From an uncultured Bacilli bacterium (lineage in GTDB: Bacteria; Bacillota_I; Bacilli_A; RFN20; CAG-826), in NCBI GenBank assembly GCA_944351395.1, contig CALVPP010000002.1, forward strand, positions 1-57,619: DNA of 57,619 bases, in the 5' to 3' direction. Shown one piece after another: positions 47,983 through 57,371 of the stretch. A model generated the notes under the pieces. The model was not told where the DNA came from, ran no database searches, and saw nothing but the letters and a program-made list of their open reading frames with translations. The translations under genes and the position numbers were made by a program. Position 1 is the first letter of the stretch. Each line of letters begins with the position of its first letter.

Positions 47983-48826
47983 TTTCAAAAATGACGATGC
48001 AAAATTGTATTTGGTTGCCACTCCTATCGGTAATTTAAAAGAACTATCACCACGCGCTATTGAAATATTAAACGAAGTCGATATCATCGCCTGTGAAGAT
48101 ACGAGAGTCACTAAACCTTTACTCCTCCACTTTGACATTCATAAAGAGATGATTATCTCTCTTCACGAACACAACGAACGAGTAACTTCTGAAAAAATCA
48201 TTCAATACATCGTAGATGATCATAAAAATGTCGCTTACGTGAGTGACCAAGGTTACCCTACTATCTCTGATCCTGGTCATATACTCGTTAAGAAAGCACT
48301 AGAAAACGAGATTAATGTCGTACCTATAAGTGGGCCTAGCGCATTTTTAAATGCTTTGGTAGGTTCTGGATTAGATGCGACACATTTTTATTTTCATGGC
48401 TTCTTAGATGCGAAAGAAAAAGCGAGAAGAGAAGAATTATTAAAGCTTAAAAACCGAGAAGAAACACTCATATTTTATGAGGCACCACACCGCCTAGCTA
48501 AATGTGTCTTAGACATGTACGATGTTTTAGGTGATAGAAAAGCGTGCATCGCAAGAGAACTTACAAAAATTCATGAAGAATTCATTCGCGGTAATCTAAA
48601 AGATTTGAGCGAGTTAACCGCTAAAGAACAACTAAAAGGCGAATTCGTCATCGTCATCGAAGGAGCAGATAATGAACAAAGTGCTTTTAGAAGCGATGAA
48701 GAAATTGTCAGTTTCGTCAATTCATTAGTGGACGTCGGTCTATCGACAAAAGATGCCATTGAACGCGCTAGTGAACAACTGAAAATTAAGAAAAATTACA
48801 TCTATAAATTGTATCATCGCGGCTAA
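47963..48826 (+). CDS. rsmI: 16S rRNA (cytidine1402-2'-O)-methyltransferase
   Basis: LYLVATPIGNL.ELSPRA...L.EVD.IACEDTR, SDQGYPTISDPG, and FYEAPHR. Confidence 0.92.
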   Translation: MMKRSLNFKNDDAKLYLVATPIGNLKELSPRAIEILNEVDIIACEDTRVTKPLLLHFDIHKEMIISLHEHNERVTSEKIIQYIVDDHKNVAYVSDQGYPTISDPGHILVKKALENEINVVPISGPSAFLNALVGSGLDATHFYFHGFLDAKEKARREELLKLKNREETLIFYEAPHRLAKCVLDMYDVLGDRKACIARELTKIHEEFIRGNLKDLSELTAKEQLKGEFVIVIEGADNEQSAFRSDEEIVSFVNSLVDVGLSTKDAIERASEQLKIKKNYIYKLYHRG

Positions 48827-48841
48827 ATGCCGCTTTTTTTG
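48819..48841 (+). terminator. Rho-independent terminator of rsmI
   Basis: GCGGC-TAAAT-GCCGC followed by T8. The stem includes the rsmI stop codon. Confidence 0.75.
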
Positions 48842-49162
48842 TTATTTATCGCGGTTAATGTGGAAGCCCATCGCATCACTAACGGGGATGCTAAATGCCA
48901 CACCATGCCCTGCCGTATCAAGACCACAATTATCATTAATTGCTTTTAAAACACGATCACGTTTACTTTTTTCGACGACGATGAGAACGAGTTCTTTATC
49001 TTGTTGTACGGGCATATCTAAAATCTTTTCAATACCTTTTCTACCCGTGCCTTTAGCAGTTAATACAGTACCGCCACCAGCACCTTGCTCTTTAGCAGCA
49101 TTCATGACTAAATCACTATTACCAGGATTTACGATAGCGATGATGAGTTCTTTATTTTCCAT
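48842..49162 (-). CDS. P-II-like signal-transduction-fold protein
   Basis: 106 aa laid out like GlnB/GlnK: beta-alpha-beta, a T-loop-like segment TAKGTGRKG, then GHGVAFSIPVSDAMG (compare GDGKIFVSPVEE). Confidence 0.55.
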   Translation of the reverse strand: MENKELIIAIVNPGNSDLVMNAAKEQGAGGGTVLTAKGTGRKGIEKILDMPVQQDKELVLIVVEKSKRDRVLKAINDNCGLDTAGHGVAFSIPVSDAMGFHINRDK

Positions 49163-49553
49163 ATTTATCTTCCTCGATTCCGTACATGAAATATTTATAT
49201 GCTTTAAGATTGATGATGCTAGTCAAATCGATGCTAAACGCGACACCTTTTGTGCGTTTAGAAACGATGAATTGTTCTCTAGTGCGATAGAAAAGTTCAT
49301 TGAGATTAGATTTTGGTGTGATAGCGATGATAATATCCTTCTTCACTTGGGTTAAGCCTAACATACGATACATCTCTTTCGTTGCTGTGCCTCGTCCTTG
49401 CAATGTTAAAACGTAATGACAATTACATTCATTGATAAAACAATTTTTATAAATCGAAGCTAAACCATTATTCACGATGACGATGAAAAGAGATAGTCTT
49501 TGACTATCATCGTCATATAGAACTGTATTTTTATTAGCTTTTTGTTCTGCCAT
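49152..49553 (-). CDS. Second, divergent P-II-like protein, overlapping the first by 11 nt
   Basis: 133 aa with LSLFIVIVNNG..., the T-loop-like LQGRGTATKE, and KGVAFSIDLTSI. The layout matches the downstream gene. Confidence 0.45.
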   Translation of the reverse strand: MAEQKANKNTVLYDDDSQRLSLFIVIVNNGLASIYKNCFINECNCHYVLTLQGRGTATKEMYRMLGLTQVKKDIIIAITPKSNLNELFYRTREQFIVSKRTKGVAFSIDLTSIINLKAYKYFMYGIEEDKYGK

Positions 49554-49579
49554 ACGACCTTATATCATTATAGAAACTT

Positions 49580-50500
49580 TTATCTTTTAAAGATAGAGAG
49601 AAATATATCAGGCATCTTCGATTTAAAATCGTAGATCTTATCCTTAAGAGGATGTTTTATTTTTAATTCATAAGCGTGCAAACCTAAACGATTGATTGGG
49701 TTAGGCGGTTCGCCATATTTATCATCACCAATGACGTAATGACCTCTATGACCTAATTGTACACGAATCTGATTTTTACGACCGCTCATGATGGAAACAT
49801 CTAATAACGAATATTCACTATTAGTTTTCATCACTTTGTAATGTGTAATTGATAACTTGCCGCCTTTTCTTCTTTCATCGACATACATGAGATCTAGGTT
49901 GTTCTTAAATAGATAATCTTTAAACGTGTCTTCCTCTTTTTTCATCTTACCTGTCACGATAGCGTAGTATCCTCTTTTAATCACTAATTCGTTCCACTTC
50001 TCTTGAAAAGCTTTTGCAACATCTAACTTCTTAGCAAAGACGAGAACACCACTCGTATTTTTATCTAACCTATGGATGACGTAACACTTAGCATGTTTGT
50101 CTTTATTCATAAGATATTTGCTCACCTTAGCGTAGCTTGTCACTACTTTCTCTTTATCGCTAGCAACGGAAAGAATACCTTCTGGTTTTTCAATAGCAAT
50201 TACATCTTCATCTTCGTATATTTTATGAATATCATCATTCACTAATTCTTTATAATGCGGTCTCTTTTTCAAAATGATAATTTCATCATGAACATTTACT
50301 TGATAATCAAATTGATGAACGCTCACACCATTGACGAGCACTTGTCCATATTTGAGAAAAGATTTTAAGTTGTTTCGCGATACCCCTTTGACTTCTTCTC
50401 TTAAAAAATCTAAAAGAGGCGTTTTATTTTTCACCCTATAAGACTTATAATCTTTCGGTTCGAAACTAACTTTTTGAAAGCGTTTTTCATTTTTATTCAT
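49580..50500 (-). CDS. RluA-family pseudouridine synthase with an N-terminal S4 domain
   Basis: The catalytic motif HRLDKNTSGVLVFAK and KNQIRVQL are present. Confidence 0.88.
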   Translation of the reverse strand: MNKNEKRFQKVSFEPKDYKSYRVKNKTPLLDFLREEVKGVSRNNLKSFLKYGQVLVNGVSVHQFDYQVNVHDEIIILKKRPHYKELVNDDIHKIYEDEDVIAIEKPEGILSVASDKEKVVTSYAKVSKYLMNKDKHAKCYVIHRLDKNTSGVLVFAKKLDVAKAFQEKWNELVIKRGYYAIVTGKMKKEEDTFKDYLFKNNLDLMYVDERRKGGKLSITHYKVMKTNSEYSLLDVSIMSGRKNQIRVQLGHRGHYVIGDDKYGEPPNPINRLGLHAYELKIKHPLKDKIYDFKSKMPDIFLSIFKR

Positions 50501-50772
50501 ATCTGCATAAATTATTGAGCATTTATTAAATAAAGTCCATCCTAAAGTTGTTTATAGCTTTGCACTCATAAACTTAAAATGTTAAAAATCAAATGAACTT
50601 ATTCTCATCTTTTTCAATACTGAATTTTTATCCCTCAAATAATAATTCATTTTTACTACGCTAAATTGTCTAAAGTTGACTATGTATTTTGAAAGGGTGT
50701 TCACATAAAAGATTATTTGAATATGATTTTAAGTTGTAATAAACTTTGTTTATCTTGAAAGGAGGTAAAATC

Positions 50773-53688
50773 ATGCGTGTCGGATTAGATATTGGCTCAA
50801 CGACGATTAAATGTGTCGTCTTAAATGATGCTGGTGAAGTAATTTATAAGACATATGAGCGACATTACGCTCACATCAAAGAGAACATCATCAAAGCGCT
50901 TAAAACTTTAAAAGAACAAAATATCGTCCGTGGTGATATTTACCTCGCTATGTCTGGTTCCGCAGGCATGGGTATTGCTGAAGCATCTGATATACCTTTC
51001 GTTCAAGAAGTCTATGCGACGAGAGTGTGTGCGAATAAATATTTAAAGGATGCTAGTTGTATTATCGAGCTCGGCGGTGAGGATGCTAAAATTTTATTTT
51101 TAGAAAATGGATTGGAAGTACGAATGAATGGCACTTGTGCTGGTGGTACTGGCGCTTTCATCGACCAAATGGCCACCCTACTCAATATCAGTGTCGATGA
51201 ATTAAATAAATTAGCAAGTGAACATAAAAAGACATATAACATAGCTTCTCGATGTGGTGTATTCGCAAAAAGCGATGTTCAACCTCTACTCAATCAAGGC
51301 GCTGATAAACGTGATGTAGCTTGGTCTATTTTAAAAGCTGTTGTCAACCAAACAATTGCTGGTCTAACGCAAGGAAGAGAAATTAAAGGTAATGTCATCT
51401 ATCTGGGCGGTCCTTTAACATTTTTAGATCAACTACGTTTTAGTTTTGATGAAACATTACATTTAAAAGGGAATTTACCAGAAAATTCGTTATATTGCGT
51501 CGCTATTGGGGCTAGTTTATGTAGTGACGCTAAGCACGATTTAGATTACTTTATCGATAAATTAGAAGCCTATGAGACGAGCGGTAACTATCGTTTTTAC
51601 CCACCTCTATTTAAAGATGAAAAAGAATTAGAAGATTTTAGGAAGAGACATGCTAAACATAGTGTGCAAATCAAATCATTAGAAAATTACGATAAGCCAG
51701 TTTATCTCGGCATCGATAGCGGCTCCACCACGCTTAAATTTATCATCATTGATGAAGAATATAACGTTCGCTATAGCAAGTATATGTCTAACGAAGGTAA
51801 TCCAGTGTCTTTATTAAAAAAAGAACTCATAGAGCTTTACGAAAAATATCCTTCGATCAATATCGCCGGTAGTGCTTCGACTGGGTATGGCGAAGAACTC
51901 ATGAAAAATGCATTTAGTCTTGATGGTGGACTAGTCGAAACGATGGCACATTTTTATGCAGCTAAACATTTCATGCCTGATGTCAGTTTCGTCATCGATA
52001 TCGGCGGTCAAGATATCAAATGTTTTAAAATCGAAGATGGTGTCATCACTGATATATTTCTTAACGAAGCGTGTTCTTCAGGTTGTGGATCTTTTTTACA
52101 AACATTCGCTAACGCGTTAGGTTATAGTGTCGAAGAATTCGCTAATATTGCTCTTTTAGCAAAAAAACCTGTCGACTTAGGCTCTAGATGCACAGTTTTC
52201 ATGAATTCTAGCGTTAAGCAAGCTCAAAAAGATGGTGCTACCATTGAAAATATCTCAGCAGGATTATCGATATCGGTCGTCAAAAATGCACTTTACAAAG
52301 TAATAAGAGTTACTGATAAAAACTCATTAGGTAAAAAAGTCGTCGTCCAGGGCGGAACGTTTCTAAATGAAGCAGTCTTAAGAGCGTTTGAAAAAGAATT
52401 AGACCTAGATGTTGTTTCGCCTAATATTGCAGGTGTTATGGGCGCTTTTGGAGCGGCGATGTATGCGATGAAATTAGGTATAAAAAAATCTCACATTTTG
52501 AACAAAGATGAGCTCTTAAATTTTACGCACGTAGTTCGCACATACACTTGTGGGTTATGTAATAATAAGTGTTTACTAACACTTAATACTTTTCAAAACA
52601 ATAAATCATTCATCTCTGGTAATCGATGTGAAAAACCACTCATGAAAAAAGTAGCGGGCGATGAATATAACATCTACGCTCAAGTGCAAAACATCCTTCA
52701 ATCATATCACCCAATTGAAGGCAAAAGAGATATCGATATCGCTATTCCCCTCGTCTTGAATATGTATGAATTATTTCCCTTCTGGCATGCATTTTTTTCA
52801 AGTCTTGGCATGCGAGTCCGCCATAGCGGTTTTTCTAGCACGAAACTTTATTTAGAAGGACAATCGACCATACCTAGTGACACAGCATGCTATCCAGCAA
52901 AACTTGTACATGGTCACATTCATAAATTAGTAAAGGAAGGATATAAATATATCTTCTACCCTTGTATGTCCTATAACATCGATGAGAAGAAGGGTGATAA
53001 TCATTATAATTGTCCAATCGTCGCCTATTATCCTGAAACGATTAAAAATAATGTTGATGAAATAAATGACGTCACATTTATTAAAGATTATATATCTTTA
53101 AATGATGAGGATTTCTTTGCGAAGAAAATGTATGACATCATCAATAAAAAGATATGTAAAGTATCAAAAAGAGAAGTGAAACAAGCGACAAAAATCGCCT
53201 ATAACGCTTATAAAGAATATTTGTCTAATATAAGAACTAGAGGGCAAGATATCATCGATAGAGCGAGAAAAAATCATAAACAGATTATCGTTCTAGCGGG
53301 AAGACCCTACCATGTCGATCCTGGTATCAATCATGGTATCGATAGATTGATCAATGGTTTAGATGTCGCTTTATTGAATGAAGAATCGATATCACATCTC
53401 GTCAAAAAATTTAAGACGAACGTCATGAATCAATGGACATATCACGCTAGGCTATACGCTGCTGCTAAATATATAAGTGAATTCGATGATATGAACCTCG
53501 TCCAACTAGTGTCTTTTGGCTGCGGTTTAGATGCGATTACGAGTGATGAGACACGTTTACTTCTTGAAAGTGAAGGCAAGATTTATACGCAAATTAAAAT
53601 CGATGAAATAACGAATTTAGGAACTGTGCGAATTCGTCTTCGTTCCTTATTAGAAGCATTGAAGGAGAAAAATAATGAAAGAAAGTGA
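50773..53688 (+). CDS. Fused double BcrAD/BadFG-type ATPase (2-hydroxyacyl-CoA dehydratase activase-like) with a C-terminal uncharacterised domain
   Basis: Two actin-fold ATPase units are present (MRVGLDIGSTTIKCVV and VYLGIDSGSTTLKFII). Each carries a cluster-ligand-type Cys segment (NGTCAGGTGAF and NEACSSGCGSF). The linker has CGLCNNKC..C. SD AGGAGG lies before ATG 50773. Confidence 0.8.
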   Translation: MRVGLDIGSTTIKCVVLNDAGEVIYKTYERHYAHIKENIIKALKTLKEQNIVRGDIYLAMSGSAGMGIAEASDIPFVQEVYATRVCANKYLKDASCIIELGGEDAKILFLENGLEVRMNGTCAGGTGAFIDQMATLLNISVDELNKLASEHKKTYNIASRCGVFAKSDVQPLLNQGADKRDVAWSILKAVVNQTIAGLTQGREIKGNVIYLGGPLTFLDQLRFSFDETLHLKGNLPENSLYCVAIGASLCSDAKHDLDYFIDKLEAYETSGNYRFYPPLFKDEKELEDFRKRHAKHSVQIKSLENYDKPVYLGIDSGSTTLKFIIIDEEYNVRYSKYMSNEGNPVSLLKKELIELYEKYPSINIAGSASTGYGEELMKNAFSLDGGLVETMAHFYAAKHFMPDVSFVIDIGGQDIKCFKIEDGVITDIFLNEACSSGCGSFLQTFANALGYSVEEFANIALLAKKPVDLGSRCTVFMNSSVKQAQKDGATIENISAGLSISVVKNALYKVIRVTDKNSLGKKVVVQGGTFLNEAVLRAFEKELDLDVVSPNIAGVMGAFGAAMYAMKLGIKKSHILNKDELLNFTHVVRTYTCGLCNNKCLLTLNTFQNNKSFISGNRCEKPLMKKVAGDEYNIYAQVQNILQSYHPIEGKRDIDIAIPLVLNMYELFPFWHAFFSSLGMRVRHSGFSSTKLYLEGQSTIPSDTACYPAKLVHGHIHKLVKEGYKYIFYPCMSYNIDEKKGDNHYNCPIVAYYPETIKNNVDEINDVTFIKDYISLNDEDFFAKKMYDIINKKICKVSKREVKQATKIAYNAYKEYLSNIRTRGQDIIDRARKNHKQIIVLAGRPYHVDPGINHGIDRLINGLDVALLNEESISHLVKKFKTNVMNQWTYHARLYAAAKYISEFDDMNLVQLVSFGCGLDAITSDETRLLLESEGKIYTQIKIDEITNLGTVRIRLRSLLEALKEKNNERK

Positions 53689-54937
53689 AGAAAAATATCT
53701 ACTAGACATAGTCGACTTCACCAAAGAGATGAAAAAGACTCACACCGTTCTCATCCCGACGATGTTAGAATTTCATTTTCGCCTTCTAGAAGCTGCTTTA
53801 AACAATTTAGGTTATAAAACTGAATTACTGAAAAACGATGATACACATGTCGTGACAACTGGTTTAAGATACGTTCATAACGATACATGTTACCCTGCTT
53901 TATGTGTCATCGGACAATTTATCGAAGCTTTAAAAGCAAGAAATGATTTAGATAAAGTAGCTCTTATCATCACTCAGACTGGCGGAGGCTGTCGCGCGAC
54001 AAATTATGTTCCATTACTACGTAAAGCATTAGACAAGGCTAACTTTCATAATATTCCAATCATCGTCTTAAATTTAGGTAATCTTAAAGAATCGCGTGGC
54101 ATCGATATGAATATCAAATTTTTAAGTAAATTAGTTGCTGCTATCACGTATGGCGATACGATCATGTATCTTCACAACAAGACGAGAAGTTATGAAATTG
54201 AACGTGGAGGAAGTTACGCTATCGCGAATAAATGGATCGATAAATTAGGTGAACTCATAAGAAATGGTAAAGGGACGAAGAAGAAAGATATTAAAAAATA
54301 TCTGCCACTCATCGCTAAGGATTTTGATAACTTACCAATCGAAATGAAAAAACTACCCAAAGTTGGCATAGTTGGTGAAATTTACGTCAAATATTCGCCG
54401 ATAGGTAATAATCATTTGGAACAATTCCTCGTCTCTAGTGGTGCAGAAATTAACGTTCCTGGTCTTTTTGCTTTCGTCCTTTATTGTCTGCAAAACTCAA
54501 TCTACGATTTTGGTTATTATGGTGGTAAACATCTAAAAGTTCATATCACTAATTTTCTCGTCTCTTTTTTGGTGAAAAGGGAAAAACTTATGATAGACGC
54601 TATTAAACTTACTAAATTCAATCCACCACAACCATTCAAAGAGATGAAAGATTATACGCATGGTATCATCAAGCATGGAGCGAAGATGGGTGAGGGTTGG
54701 CTCCTCACTGCGGAGATGATTGAACTCATCGAAAGCGGCTACCCTAATATCGTTTTAACACAACCTTTCGGATGCTTGCCAAATCACATATGTGGCAAGG
54801 GCGTTATGAAAAGAATAAAAAGTTTGCATAATGAAGCGAATATCGTCGCTATCGATTATGATTCTAGCGCTTCTAAAGTTAATCAAGAAAATAGGATTAA
54901 ACTCATGCTTGCAATCGCTAAAGAAAATATGAATTAA
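53675..54937 (+). CDS. 2-hydroxyacyl-CoA dehydratase-family / activase-associated partner protein
   Basis: 420 aa, overlapping the activase gene by 14 nt. The Cys-containing motifs HNDTCYPALC, TQTGGGCRATNY and QPFGCLPNHICGKG are typical of this family as I remember it. Confidence 0.55.
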   Translation: MKESEEKYLLDIVDFTKEMKKTHTVLIPTMLEFHFRLLEAALNNLGYKTELLKNDDTHVVTTGLRYVHNDTCYPALCVIGQFIEALKARNDLDKVALIITQTGGGCRATNYVPLLRKALDKANFHNIPIIVLNLGNLKESRGIDMNIKFLSKLVAAITYGDTIMYLHNKTRSYEIERGGSYAIANKWIDKLGELIRNGKGTKKKDIKKYLPLIAKDFDNLPIEMKKLPKVGIVGEIYVKYSPIGNNHLEQFLVSSGAEINVPGLFAFVLYCLQNSIYDFGYYGGKHLKVHITNFLVSFLVKREKLMIDAIKLTKFNPPQPFKEMKDYTHGIIKHGAKMGEGWLLTAEMIELIESGYPNIVLTQPFGCLPNHICGKGVMKRIKSLHNEANIVAIDYDSSASKVNQENRIKLMLAIAKENMN

Positions 54938-54939
54938 TC

Positions 54940-55947
54940 TTACTTTTTAATTGAAGAATAAACGTGTTCGTAAGTTTCTTTTAATTCTTGACCTATCTTA
55001 TCTAAAGTTTTAGTTTTGACGACTTCATAAGCTTTATTTGTAAATTGAGTATTATCGCTAGATAAAAGTAAATTCAGCTTCTCTATAAATTCATCGACAT
55101 CACTGGCCATATAACAGTTTTCGCCTTCTTTAAGCCAACCATCATAGACTGGTATTCTTCTTACTAAACAACAAAGATGAGACGCTAAAGCTTCTAAGAC
55201 GACGATGCCTTCTGTCTCTTCGCGACTTGGGAAAAGAAGCGCGCTAGCGTATTGCATCGCCCCTTTAATGATGTCATTAGCGATATAACCGGGCATGATG
55301 ACATTAGAGGGTCGACGTTTAATTGCTTTGAGCACTTTACCTTGCGTCAAAATTTTAGCTAAATGACCAAACCAAATAAAAGTGACATCAGGGAAGGCGC
55401 GTGCAATTTCAAAAAAATCATCGATGCCCTTGCGAATGAACGGCAATCCAATACCGATGACTACCTTTTCATCAGTGATATGAAAATAATCTTTAAATGC
55501 TTTGATTTTATTTTCATCAGGAGCGTAAGCCTCAACATCGATACCATTAGATATTGCTTTAACCGGGGTTCCTAATTGATAATTATCGATGAGATGCTTC
55601 GAATAATCTGTTGGGGTGATGATGAAATCAGCATGCTTATACATGTATAACAATTGATGATTAAACCAAAACTTCACTAACTTCCAACATCTAAACGACT
55701 GTCTAAAATCTTCTAAGGTGCTATGACCGTGTACGATAACAGGAATGTGTAATTTATGACATTTTTTAAGTAGTCTTTTCGATTTGAAAAATAATGTGTT
55801 GATGTGAGCGATATCAAATGTATCATTCTTATCTAGTGTAAAAGGCACGTTTGCTAACTTTAAGGCTTCTGTCTGATGGCGCATCGCTCTTCCGATGCCT
55901 GATTTTTTAATCGCTTTTTGAGATTCAAAATAAAGTAATACTTTCAT
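54940..55947 (-). CDS. GT4-family glycosyltransferase (possible glycolipid synthase)
   Basis: GT-B fold pattern with the E-x7-E motif (PSREETEGIVVLEALAS). Confidence 0.78.
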   Translation of the reverse strand: MKVLLYFESQKAIKKSGIGRAMRHQTEALKLANVPFTLDKNDTFDIAHINTLFFKSKRLLKKCHKLHIPVIVHGHSTLEDFRQSFRCWKLVKFWFNHQLLYMYKHADFIITPTDYSKHLIDNYQLGTPVKAISNGIDVEAYAPDENKIKAFKDYFHITDEKVVIGIGLPFIRKGIDDFFEIARAFPDVTFIWFGHLAKILTQGKVLKAIKRRPSNVIMPGYIANDIIKGAMQYASALLFPSREETEGIVVLEALASHLCCLVRRIPVYDGWLKEGENCYMASDVDEFIEKLNLLLSSDNTQFTNKAYEVVKTKTLDKIGQELKETYEHVYSSIKK

Positions 55948-55950
55948 GCG

Positions 55951-56298
55951 TTAAGACCTCCTTAAAAAGATGTAGACGACGCCAGGGTTGGCGATTCTTT
56001 TATCGGTCGCGGGTATCATGCGTGTCAATTTATTTGATAAGCGAGAATGATGAAAGCTTAGTTCATTGCCTTTAATGTAATCAACTATTTCGCCATCACA
56101 TTTTAAAGAAATTAGTTTCATCAACAATTCGTCTTGAATGCGGTGTGTTCCTCCTCGAGAACCATAACCAGTCACCACTTTTAAAACGTGTACGTTTCTT
56201 TCTTTAGCGTATTCTAATTCTTCTTCAAACATCTCCATCGCTTCTTCGACGAAAGGATGTCCTGCGTGGATGTCAACTTCGTAAATATAATAGTTCAT
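55951..56298 (-). CDS. Stand-alone Smr-domain protein
   Basis: EVDIHAGHPFVEEAMEMFEEEL...VLKVVTGYGSRGG matches the Smr layout (DxH ... hhh.G.G..G). ATGA overlap with the upstream membrane-protein gene. Confidence 0.65.
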   Translation of the reverse strand: MNYYIYEVDIHAGHPFVEEAMEMFEEELEYAKERNVHVLKVVTGYGSRGGTHRIQDELLMKLISLKCDGEIVDYIKGNELSFHHSRLSNKLTRMIPATDKRIANPGVVYIFLRRS

Positions 56299-57371
56299 CT
56301 GCCAATTAAACCAATTAAATATTTAAAAAATGAGGCAAAAGCCGAACCAATTTTCGGAATAAAGATAGTGAGTATGATAATAGCGAACAAGACAATAGTC
56401 GGTGAAATGATATAAACGATATCAAATGAAGCGACACCACTGAAAAGTTGTAAAGATATGAATCCATAGAAAACGCCTAGTGAAGCAAAATAGGCGATGA
56501 CGTTAATTAAGGCAGCGATAAGATATGCTAACACCTTGCCTTTTTTATCTTCTTTAGGATAGTGAGCTAAAAAGCCATAACTCGTATATAACAAACTTAT
56601 AAAACCAAAAATTCCAGCGATGACGAAGACCCATCCCACTGCTGATTTTTCATCAAACGTCAATATCGATTGAGCGCTATAAAAGGAAAAATAATTTATG
56701 ATAGCGAAAATCAAGACGAAGATGAGCCAAACATATTCGTGTTTTAAGAAATTAAATAGTTTTATTCCTTCGCTAGTTGTTTCATCTTTTATCTTTTTTA
56801 TCGTTACATTATCCCTTTTCTTTAAGACCTCGCCACCAACGCTTATATCTGTGTATTCTGGTAATGGTGTTTTAGGAGAAAAGAAGAAGATAGAAAATGG
56901 ATAAGAATAGCGATCGAATAAAGCGTTGATGAGTCCTTCATTATTTGAGTTCGTCTCTTCTTTAAAATCGATTGTAATATATTTTACGTGCTTATCTTTC
57001 GCTAAAATGTTTAAAGCGTCGAGCATCTTTTTCACTCTTTCTCGATCGTTTAAGACGACTCTATTTCTAAGATAAGACAACTTGTATTCTAAGTCTTCAA
57101 CGTATTCTTTAAACGTTTCCTTTTCACAAATAGAAACGACGTTAAAGGAGATAAGATTCTCCACTTTTACTTTAAGCACTAACGTCTTATACTTTTCATC
57201 GCGTAAGATATCTACATTATCTACGTCGATAGATATCGTATCTATTTCTTTTTCAACACTTGTTATATTGAGATTTAAAAGCGAGAAAAAATAGACATCG
57301 GCGTTAGAAAGGTGATGTACACCATCATCGTAATTTTTTTGTTCATTGGTTTTATTTTTTAAAGTAATCAT
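56295..57371 (-). CDS. Membrane protein of unknown function (~200-aa soluble N-terminal domain plus about 5 TM segments)
   Basis: 358-aa ORF with a hydrophobic C-terminal half. I recognise no motif. Confidence 0.6.
   Translation of the reverse strand: MITLKNKTNEQKNYDDGVHHLSNADVYFFSLLNLNITSVEKEIDTISIDVDNVDILRDEKYKTLVLKVKVENLISFNVVSICEKETFKEYVEDLEYKLSYLRNRVVLNDRERVKKMLDALNILAKDKHVKYITIDFKEETNSNNEGLINALFDRYSYPFSIFFFSPKTPLPEYTDISVGGEVLKKRDNVTIKKIKDETTSEGIKLFNFLKHEYVWLIFVLIFAIINYFSFYSAQSILTFDEKSAVGWVFVIAGIFGFISLLYTSYGFLAHYPKEDKKGKVLAYLIAALINVIAYFASLGVFYGFISLQLFSGVASFDIVYIISPTIVLFAIIILTIFIPKIGSAFASFFKYLIGLIGR

Noticed and set aside
48858-49355. 165-aa plus-strand ORF
   Set aside because: It lies antisense across both P-II-like genes. 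I recognise no motif and no SD. The sense-strand genes give a coherent fold pattern.
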